A DNA stretch of 64,000 nucleotides from Azolla caroliniana. Its lineage: Eukaryota; Plantae; Polypodiophyta. The notes beneath the pieces were generated by a model. The model had not been told where the DNA came from. It ran no database searches and saw nothing but the letters and a program-made list of their open reading frames with translations. Shown here in pieces: positions 38,226 through 47,360 of this stretch; the stretch's first letter is position 1, and every line of letters begins with the position of its first letter. Position numbers and translations under genes: made by a program. Location: positions 10,974,001 to 11,038,000 of the forward strand of contig JBHGNT010000009.1 of NCBI GenBank assembly GCA_043228905.1, in the 5' to 3' direction.

Positions 38226-38304
38226 AAAACCATGGGCTAAACCCACGGGCTAAAACCATGGGCTGAAACCACAAGCTAAAACCACAAGCTGAAACCATGG
38301 TTTT
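38226..38304 (+). repeat. 13-bp tandem repeat (about 6 copies) in the J LTR
   Basis: AAAACCATGGGCT / AAAACCACAAGCT units. Confidence 0.85.
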
Positions 38305-38379
38305 GCGCCCACGGTTTCTATATGTTTGCTTCCTACAAAATACTGAATATGAAAAGAAATATACAAATTTTAAAGCACT

Positions 38380-38452
38380 TAGGAGTGGCTTTAGTGGTAA
38401 GTTAATTTTGTCTTTTATCTTGGAGGTGCATGGTTCAAGCCTTGCTTCTACC
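38380..38452 (+). promoter_or_regulatory. tRNA-like Pol III type-2 promoter cassette in the J LTR
   Basis: A box TGGCTTTAGTGGT (38386); TGGAGGTGCA; B box GGTTCAAGCC (38432). Confidence 0.65.
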
Positions 38453-39780
38453 TCTATGTATGCACTGAAATGTTACTAGGCTTTAGTCTTATTTTTATAT
38501 TTACAATTGAGCGCACATCATACGTGCACATGTTTAACTTTACATCTAGCTTTTCTTTTAGGATTCTCATTTCAGTCCTATTTACAACATGCTAGCATAT
38601 GTGTGTGGCCTTCACCCCTTTCACACGTGCACATTGCACCTTCGCAATTTTGTTCATTGCACACAATTTTCAAACCGTTGCCGAAAATCTTCACGACATC
38701 CACCCCCACCAAACCGCACGTCCTTCGGTATGTGCCAAGAAGAGAGAGTGTGAGATTTCGGCTACGGTGATTAGTATGATTCCTCCATTTTGAGCATGAA
38801 CCATTGTCGCCACCCAATCCACCACATCATTTACTTTTTCTTTGGTTTACCATGACTAGTTGTCATGGCTCCTTGTTCTCCTTTCAAACATAACTCTTTA
38901 GGCTTTATGCATGTTCCACCTTTGTCTCGATCGTCTCCTTGCTCAAGGCACTTTGACCCGTCGCACATTTTTGTTTTGTGTCTTTCTCCCCAAGCCTTCA
39001 TCTGAATAATGGCATTGACTACCCCATGTAGTATCTTCAAGTGTATGCCCACGTCGAGATCCTTACGTGACCATTTTTCATGCTTCCCACTTTGTCCATC
39101 TTTGTGGTTTCTTCTTATGTTAGAGTTCTCCATCGATTCCTCGATCTTAATGATAGTGTCCGCCTTCAAGTTGAATGTTACATCAATATCTTGAGGAATA
39201 CCCTTCAAATCTTCTTTGCCCACTTGGCCCTCGTCTTTTTTTTGTGCTTTGCTTGGCCTCTTTCCCCCACACATCAACTTCGACCCTTACTTCCTCGTCG
39301 TCACTGTCCTTCTCTTGGGTCTTACATCGGTTAATGCCCAAGTCTCCAGAACGAGTGTGGAGAGATCCATATATATTTGTCGGCCACGCCCCGACATCGT
39401 TATTTGCGTTGGCTTGAACCTTTGCTTCCCCGCCATCACCTTCTATCTCTTGGGTCTCACGTTGGCTTTGAACAACAACTGCCCAAGTCTCTAGAACATG
39501 TGCAAAGGAATCCATTTCTCTTTGGTCAATCGACTTCGACACCTTTGTCTTCGACACCTGAAGGTCACATTAGATTGGAACGAGAACCAACAGAAGACCC
39601 AAGAGACTGAAGGTGGCAACAAGCGGGAGTTCCAATCTAATGTGACTTCGCTTGTTGCCACCTTCAATCTCTTGGGTCTTCTGTTGGTTCTCGGACGCAA
39701 CTACCCAAGTATCTAGAACTAGTGAGGGGAAAGTCTTGTCACTGCCATCATTCACCATCGACTCGTCGATATCTATCTTC

Positions 39781-39857
39781 GCCTCGAACCCCTTTAGGCA
39801 TACAAGCTCCTAACCAGAATGAACCCTAAATAGACACGAAGACTCAACCTACACGAT

Positions 39858-39889
<32 letters not shown>

Positions 39890-40264
39890 AGAAGAAGAAG
39901 AAGAAGAAGAAGAAGAAGAAGAAGAAGAAGAAGAAGAAGAAGAACCCTAACAGGAAACACGAAAGTAAGAAAAGGAAGAATTAACACACCTTCGACCTAA
40001 GTGGTATACCCTCGTAACTCAAAATAGGCAACCCTTTGACAAGGGACACTCCCTTCATTTTATAGAACAAGGAGAGGGATGCGTAACAATGCGGGATAAA
40101 TCTCTTATTACGTGGGGTTCTCTGTCCCAACTTAACTCCTATTCGGCACCATAAAGGCACCCCTATTATTCACACATTTATACAAGGGTAAGTGCACATG
40201 ATGCGCTCTGCCGATTCCTCCAATATCTCCCGGTTTCTCACCGTAGCCCAGAATCTTCACGACA
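39781..40264 (-). mobile_element. Truncated LTR of the TGTCG family
   Basis: Ends ATCTTCACGACA followed by ACGT; left end lost, so the left coordinate is approximate. Confidence 0.65.
39855..39944. repeat. Compound microsatellite (GAT/GAC)n + (GAA)19
   Basis: Read directly. Confidence 0.95.
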
Positions 40265-42854
40265 ACGTGCCAAGAAGAGAGAGTGTGAGATTTCCACTAT
40301 GGTGATTAGTACGATCCTCTGTTTCCAACATGTCCATTCCCTTCACTCGAACCATTGTCGCCACCCAATCCACCATATCATTCACTCATTCTTTGCTTTA
40401 CCATGACCAGTTGTCATGGCCCCTAGTTCTCTTTCTGAGCATAACCGTTTAGGCTTTATGCATGTTCCACCTTCGTTCCGACCATCTCCTTGGTCAATGC
40501 ACTCCACACTTCATTCACCTTCGTCGTACAATCTCGCGTTAGAGTTGATGATCTTCATGTTAGAGCCCTCCTTAGTCAAGACCTCATCCTCAGTAACACC
40601 CTTCAAATCCGCTTGGCTCATTTGGCCCTTGTTGTCCATGGTAGTGCGCCTGGTTGGCCTCTTCCTTGTCTTCATCAACCTTGACTTCTTTCCGAATCGG
40701 TCTCGTCCGATCGGCTTTCGGTTGGATCGGCTTCCGTTCGGATTAGTATTCGGCTGAATCGGACTCTGTTGATTGGTTTTGACCGAGTCGGCCCCCTTAC
40801 GGGTTGGGTTCGATCGATCGGTTTCAGTCTGGGTTGGCTTCCATTTCCTCGTGTTCACTGGCCTCGACCGGTTCGACCTTCGGTTGAGTCGGATTAGCTT
40901 CTATCCAGATTGGTCTCGTCTGATTGGCTTCTGGTTGGAACGATTTCCATCCGGGTTGGGCTCAACCGATCGGATTTCAGCCGAATCCACTTCCACTTGG
41001 TTTGGCTTTTGTTTAGGCTGGAATTCCGGCCGGATCATCTTATGTTCAAACTCACTTTCGGCTCCACGTCTCCCACCTCCCGTCTCTCTGGTCTAACATT
41101 GGTTCTCGGACAAAACCTCCGAAGTCTCTAGAATTAGTGGGCAAGAATCCTTCGTATTACCGTCCTCCTTCGTTTCACCCATAGCCATCCTCTTGGCTAT
41201 CTCTTCGTCGTATGCATCGACTTTGACCTTTGTTTTCTCCCCTCCACCTTCCGTCTCGTCGGTCTCACGTTGTCTTTCGAACGCAACCCCCAAAGTTTCT
41301 AGAATTAGAGGTGGGAAAGTCTCGACACGGCCATTCTCCATTGACTTGTCCATAACCACCTCTGACTTGATGTCTTTTTTGTGGCTACCTCTATAGAGTG
41401 ATGGGCCTCATACCCATTAACCCTCTTGATCGAGCAAGCCTCGATTATGGTTCCCTCTTCGTCGCATGTATTAGTTTCGACCTTCGACTCCTCGCGGACA
41501 CCTTCCATCTCTTGGGTCTCATGTTGGTTCTTGGACGCAACTGCCCAAGTCTCTAGAACAAGTGTGGCGAAAATCTGGCCATGGTCGTTGTCGACGCAGC
41601 CTTGTTGTCTTAGTCATAGCCACTTCCTTGATGTCGATTTTAGTGGCTAGATCCTCCATCATGTCGACCTCACACTCTTTATCTCCCTTGATGCAAGTTT
41701 CGATTAATCTTGCTCCTTCATCATCTGATGTTTTGAATATGATGTGTGCTCCTCCCTCAAAGTGGCCTTCTCTGTCCTCGAGTAATCATCAATCTTCTTT
41801 TCATGTAGGTTGCTTTGTTTAGGCGGCTCAACTTCTTTAGGTGTTCTTGTTTTTTCTACTCTTGGCCTTGCCAAGTCAATATCATCAATCCATTGACGAC
41901 GCCTATCGATCTTGTTGCACACTCGCTTCACCGCAACCCAGTTTGCCACAAGCCCATTCTCTTGGGAATCATCTTCGAGGAGATTCCCCAATTCTCGTCT
42001 ATCCTTCATATCCACAACTTTCAAGAAGTAAAAAGTCTTGTCCTCCTCAAGTAGCACTTGGTCCATGCAGGGAGACGACGAAACATCTGGTCGAACTCGT
42101 CGTATACCCTCGAGGCTCTCATCTTCTTATTTTTCTTTTCTATCCACTTCATCAAGACATGTCGAGTCATCCTCGACAAATCTTCCATCGTAAACTCTGC
42201 TAATATTGCTCTTTCAAACTCTGACCACGTTGTCTTCCTTTCTTGAAGTTCGATGACCCGCCTTTGGACGTTGTTGGCGACAACTCGCTTGAAACTCCCT
42301 TTTGTATACATCCAGGAACTTCGTAATGTTCCTTCCATCAAATTGACCCTCAACCTCCACGACACGGTGTCGTGCCTTTCGGCTCCGGATCGTTGCGTGA
42401 GTCGGGTGGGAACCGCCGAGGTTTTGGACTAGGAGAAAGAAGAATATGAGATGAGGCTAGTAATGAATAGATTATTAGAAAGAGAGATAGAAATTTCGTG
42501 AATCCCACGATTGTATTTTATTCGATTAATCAATATTTAGATAAGAATATGTATTTAGATTGAAAGAAAGATATAAGAAACTTGTGAATCCCACAAGTAT
42601 AGATTATATTATTTTCGTGAATCCCACGATTATATTAATCGGTTGGTGTTTTCGGAAATATATCCAATTTCCAAATATTTCACACACTATTACATTGTGC
42701 TCCCCATCCTTATGTAGTGATGGGAGAGACTAAGCATAGCTACATGCTTTTTCTCATATGTTCATGCACACTAAAAATGCACGATTTACCTTTTAATAAA
42801 GGTAGGTGCAAATAAAGCACTTATAGTTATTAAATCTATTTATAGAACACTAAA

Positions 42855-42926
42855 GATAAGGTAGTATAATGGTAAAGTTGAGGTTTGGCTACGTGGAGGT
42901 ACAGGGTTCGAATCTTGCCCTATGCA
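42855..42926 (+). promoter_or_regulatory. tRNA-like Pol III type-2 promoter cassette in the H 3' LTR
   Basis: A box TAGTATAATGGT (42862); B box GGTTCGAATC (42905); TTTT ~25 nt downstream. Confidence 0.7.
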
Positions 42927-43312
42927 CGTGATAAATATCTTGATATATTATTTTATTTATTTATATGTAATTAAATCGGTTATATTATTTTTACTTTTTC
43001 ACGTAGTGTACGAAATACACTACGACACTCGCCCCCTCCGAACCCGCACATCCTCCGGTATGTGCCGAAGTTGCCGATACTCGTTGTCTCCCCTTCATCC
43101 TCCGTTTGTCCCGCTATGTCAACTTTGTCTCTCCATTTTGAGTAGACCTATTCTTTCCACCCGAACCATTGTCGCCATCCGATCCACCATATTCTTTGTT
43201 CTGTCTCGTCATATTCTTGGCCCTTGTCATTCGTGGTAGTGTCTTTTACTGGCCTCTTTCTTGTCTTCATCAACCTTGACTTTTTTCCGGATCGCTCTCG
43301 TCCGATCAACTT

Positions 43313-44932
43313 TCAGTTTGATCGGCTTCCGATCGGATTCGTATTCGGCCGAATCGGAATCAGTTGTTCGGTTTCGATTGAGTCGGTCTCCTTCCGGCCC
43401 GGTTTCGATCTATCGGTTTCGGTTTCGGTTGGCTTTCTTTTCCTCGTTTTCACCAGCCTCGACCGGTCCAACCTCCGGTTGAGTCGGATTAGCTTCTTTT
43501 TGGATCGGTCTCGTCCGATCGGCTTTCGGCTAGGTTGGCTTCCATCCATATTCACGTTCGGCCAAGTCAGACTCAATCGATCGGTTTTGACCGAGTCGAC
43601 CCCTTTTCGGGTCGGCTTTCTTTCGGATCGGAATCCCGTCCGAATCACCTTCCATCCAAACCGGCTTCCGACTTTACCTTTCTTGCTGCCACCTCCCGTC
43701 TCTCCGGTCTCACGTTGGTTCTCGGACACAACTGCCGAAGTCTCTAGAATTAGTGGGTAGGAATCCTCGGTATTATCATCCTCCATTGTTTCACCCATAG
43801 CCATATTCTCGGCTATCTCTCCGTCGTATGCATCGACTTTGACCTTTGTTTTCTCTCCGCCACCTTCCGTCTCTTCGGTCTCACGTTGCCTTTCGAACGC
43901 AACCGCCGGAGTCTCTAGAATCAGTGGTGGGGAAGTCTCGATATGGCCATCCGTCGTTGATTCGTCCATAGCCACCTTCGATTCGATGTCATCTTTCGTG
44001 GCGACCTCCTCAATCAAGTCCTCCTTGCTCTCTTTCACTGCATCAATTATGCAAACATCAATTATGCTTACCCCTTTTTCACCCGATGTTTCGGACACTT
44101 GTATTCCGAAATCTTCTTCTACACTTGGGTTATCGGTCTTATCCTTCGCCATCGTTCTTTCGCAAGACAAGAGGGTAGCTTGTTTTACACCCTCTTCCGT
44201 CGCACCATCATGTTGTATTTCGGCCTTCATATTGGCTCCATCGTTTGTCTTCAATCGACCATCCTTCATCGGCCATGTCGTTGACAAGATTCTCATCTTC
44301 CTCTCATCATGTCTCCGGCATACCCTTTGGACTTCGGCCCAATCTTCAGTAAGACCATTCGTACCGTCATCGTCTTCGAGTTCAATCCCGATGTCCTTCC
44401 TTTCTTTTCGATCGATCGATTTTACGAACATTAGGACTTTATCCTCCCCCACCAATCGTTGTTCCCGCTCCGAGAGTTGAGCAAGACGATGCTCGAACTC
44501 TAGGAATGCTTGTGTTGCACTTCGGTGGGTCTTCTCCGATGCCACCCATTCGTCGAATTTTCGCCGATCTTGTCCCTTTGATCTCTTGTAATCATATGTC
44601 TCTCGTAAAGCTTCTTCGAATGACCCCCATGTCGAGTTTTGTTGCCGTATCTTGTAGATTCTTTCTTGTAGCTCATTCGTGGCCACCCGATTGAAGGATG
44701 TCACTTGCAATCCTTCCGGTATCCCACATCGTATCATCTCCGCCTTGTAGTCACGTAGATAGCATGACACATCGTTTCCGTTGAATTGTCCGTTTCGTTG
44801 TACGAGCCGCTTTACTGCCCCCGTGATCTCCGACATCACTCGTTGTTCTTGTAGCATCCGCTCGAACATCATCATCATCGTTATGCTCATTGCCTCTTGT
44901 TGATTCTCCATCTCCTTGCCACCCGCCTTCAC
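43313..44932 (-). CDS. Gag-like protein with acidic then Arg/Lys-rich C-terminal tail (539 aa from GTG; first ATG at MENQQ)
   Basis: Capsid-like GQFNGNDVSCYLRDY..TWGSFEEALRETY..LMFVKSID; no PR/RT/INT; the stop is probably a CGA>TGA change, since copy I reads through. Confidence 0.8.
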   Translation of the reverse strand: MKAGGKEMENQQEAMSITMMMMFERMLQEQRVMSEITGAVKRLVQRNGQFNGNDVSCYLRDYKAEMIRCGIPEGLQVTSFNRVATNELQERIYKIRQQNSTWGSFEEALRETYDYKRSKGQDRRKFDEWVASEKTHRSATQAFLEFEHRLAQLSEREQRLVGEDKVLMFVKSIDRKERKDIGIELEDDDGTNGLTEDWAEVQRVCRRHDERKMRILSTTWPMKDGRLKTNDGANMKAEIQHDGATEEGVKQATLLSCERTMAKDKTDNPSVEEDFGIQVSETSGEKGVSIIDVCIIDAVKESKEDLIEEVATKDDIESKVAMDESTTDGHIETSPPLILETPAVAFERQRETEETEGGGEKTKVKVDAYDGEIAENMAMGETMEDDNTEDSYPLILETSAVVSENQRETGETGGGSKKGKVGSRFGWKVIRTGFRSERKPTRKGVDSVKTDRLSLTWPNVNMDGSQPSRKPIGRDRSKKKLIRLNRRLDRSRLVKTRKRKPTETETDRSKPGRKETDSIETEQLIPIRPNTNPIGSRSN

Positions 44933-44945
44933 GTCGGGTTCACCA
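44928..44945 (-). promoter_or_regulatory. Primer binding site complementary to tRNA-Trp
   Basis: Plus strand TTCACGTCGGGTTCACCA matches the 3' 18 nt of plant cytosolic tRNA-Trp as I recall it. Confidence 0.85.
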
Positions 44946-45436
44946 ACTGTGTCGTGCCTTTCGGCTCCGGATCGTTGCGTGAGTCGGGTGGGAACCGCCG
45001 AGGTTTTGGACTAGGAGAAAGAAGAATATGAGATGAGGCTAGTAATGAATAGATTATTAGAAAGAGAGATAGAAATTTCGTGAATCCCACGAGTGTATTT
45101 TATTCGATTAATCAATATTTAGATAAGAATATGTATTTAGATTGAAAGAAAGATATAAGAAACTTGTGAATCCCACAAGTATAGATTATATTATTTTCGT
45201 GAATCCCACGATTATATTAATCGGTTGGTGTTTTCGGAAATATATCCAATTTCCAAATATTTCACACACTATTACATTGTGCTCCCCATCCTTATGTAGT
45301 GATGGGAGAGACTAAGCATAGCTACATGCTTTTTCTCATATGTTCATGCACACTAAAAATGCACGATTTACCTTTTAATAAAGGTAGGTGCAAATAAAGC
45401 ACTTATAGTTATTAAATCTATTTATAGAACACTAAA

Positions 45437-45508
45437 GATAAGGTAGTATAATGGTAAAGTTGAGGTTTGGCTACGTGGAGGTACATGGTTCGAATCTTGC
45501 CCTATGCA
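45437..45508 (+). promoter_or_regulatory. tRNA-like cassette in the H 5' LTR
   Basis: Copy of 42855-42926. Confidence 0.7.
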
Positions 45509-45889
45509 CGTGATAAATATCTTGATATATTATTTTATTTATTTATATGTAATTAAATCGGTTATATTATTTTTACTTTTTCACGTAGTGTACGAAATAC
45601 ACTACGACAACGGTTGACGACCTTCTCCACGGCCGCGTCGTTGTCCCGAGATCTCATCATTTGTTCGAAGGTTATCATCATTCTTTCGAACTATCCCACT
45701 TGATTGCTTGAGGATGCCATCTCCAAGTATTGGTCGATCCTTGTCTTGACCCTTCCTACCACTTCTTCATGTCGGGTTCACCACTTTATTATGTCGTGAA
45801 AATCCGTCACTATGTGCGGATCGTGAGGCGGAACCGCAAGGGTTATGGACGGGAAGGAAATAGGGTTTACACGCACAACACAAGGAAGG

Positions 45890-46553
45890 CTTACACAAAC
45901 AAGGCATGAGTATTCGAACGTGTTTGTGAAAAGGAGAGGTGCATGGGCAAGCCCAAATCAACCCCTAGTCACAAGGCGAACGAAGGCACGTGAGGAAGGC
46001 TTACACACGGACACACAAGGAAAAGGCTTACTTACACACACGAGAGACAAAGTTTCGAATGCCTTTGTGAAAAGAGAGGTGCATGGGCAAAGCCCGAACG
46101 CTCCCTTGTTACAAAACACGCGAACACACAAGCAAGGTTTATACACGAGAGACACAATTTTGAACGCCTTTGTGAAAGGTGAGGTGCATGGGCAAGCCTG
46201 AACGCTCCCTTGTCACAAGTCGCACGAACACACAAGCAAGGTTTACACACGGGAGAAACAATTTCGAACGCCTTTGTGAAAGGAGAGGTGCATGGGCAAG
46301 CCCGAACGCTCCCTTGCCACAAGGTGCACGAACACACAAGCAAGGTTTACACACGGGAGACACAATTTCGAACGCCTTTGTGAAAGGAGTGGTGCTTGGG
46401 CAAGCCCGAACGCTCCCTTGCCACAAGTCGCACGAACACACAAGCAAGGTTTACACACGGGAGATACAATTTCGAACGCCTTTGTGAAAGGATAGATGCA
46501 TGGGCAAGCCCGAACGCTCCATTGCCACAAGTCGCACGAACACACAAGCAAGG
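45890..46553 (+). repeat. 104-bp tandem repeat array inside the I LTR (left part)
   Basis: GCCTTTGTGAAAGGAGAGGTGCATGGGCAAGCC.. recurs with period 104 (e.g. 46271, 46375). Confidence 0.93.
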
Positions 46554-46619
46554 TGTTGGGATTTCGGTCCCTCCGGATGGGATGTCCGGAGATGAATGAC
46601 GGCAAGCCCGGTTGCGGTT

Positions 46620-46830
46620 ACGGTGCCGGATGATGAAGACCCCGGCTACGGAGCCGGATGATGAAGACCCCGGTTACGGTGCCGGATGATGAAGACCCCG
46701 GCTACGGAGCCGGATGATGAAGACCCCGGCTACGGTGCCGGATGATGAAGACCCCGGCTACGGAGCCGGATGATGAATACCCCGGCTACGGAGCCGGATG
46801 CTGAAGACCCCGGTTACGGAGCCGGATGAC
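46620..46830 (+). repeat. 27-bp tandem repeat (about 8 copies) in the U3 of F; also at ~51511-51721
   Basis: GCCGGATGATGAAGACCCCGG(C/T)TACGG(A/T) units. Confidence 0.95.
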
Positions 46831-47360
46831 GAATGTACCCGGAGGGAGATCCGGATGCGGGGACATATTTGTGAATATGTTTGCCAAGAGCCCTTGAGGC
46901 TATATTTGTAAATAGCCCGAAAGTCATATGTGTATAAATATGACTTAGGGCAAACAGTTTATGTTGCTGCTTATTTTTCTGTTTTTCCACTCAAGGGGAG
47001 TGAAGAGAGAGTAGCCGTGAGAGAGAGAGAGAGATAGAGCGCGAGAGACGAAGAGGTAGACGCCTTTGTGTATTTCCGCCGCCTGTGGCGAGGACAGCGA
47101 GCTCAAGGTCGTCGCCTTGCAGCTCGCCATTGTATACTTCTCTGTATAGTGTTTGGTTTGGAGTCTTGTACTCTCGTGGTTTTTCCCGTTTAGGGTTTTC
47201 CACGTTAATCCCTGTGTACTCGCGTTTTTTTTTGTTTCTCCGTGTGATTCCTATTTTTCTGCTCCATTGATCCGCGATTAATCGGTTGTGGCCGACCGAA
47301 GAAGGTGAATAGAAGGTTCGATTCTCAACAATCTGGTATCAGAGCGAGCTGTTGCAGAAA

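Larger units (their letters stand above)
37955..39780 (-). mobile_element. 3' portion of TGTCG-family element J (LTR ~37955-38698, PPT 38699-38710, tail-coding region)
   Basis: LTR start on minus TGTCGTGAAGATTTTCGGCAA matches the solo LTR at 29576; internal region similar to the I and H tail modules. Confidence 0.8.
42368..45609 (-). mobile_element. Young gag-only (TR-GAG-like) LTR retrotransposon H, 3242 bp
   Basis: 660-bp LTRs 42368-43027 and 44950-45609 (2 visible mismatches); TSD ACGG/ACGG; PBS 44928-44945; PPT 43028-43040; single ORF. Confidence 0.95.

Noticed and set aside
42855-42926. Functional tRNA gene
   Set aside because: Acceptor and anticodon stems do not pair well and the anticodon region differs between copies; only promoter-like boxes are conserved.
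43224-44480. Ser/Phe-rich antisense ORFs opposite the H tail (and similar ones opposite the copia tails)
   Set aside because: Expected shadows of purine-rich E/K/R codons; no independent motif.
45890-46553. 104-bp repeats as repeat-spacer units or a coding repeat protein
   Set aside because: Whole units are similar; ORFs occur in several frames on both strands without protein-like signal.
46620-46830. 27-bp repeats as a CRISPR array
   Set aside because: Head-to-tail with no unique spacers, duplicated in both LTRs, and no cas genes.
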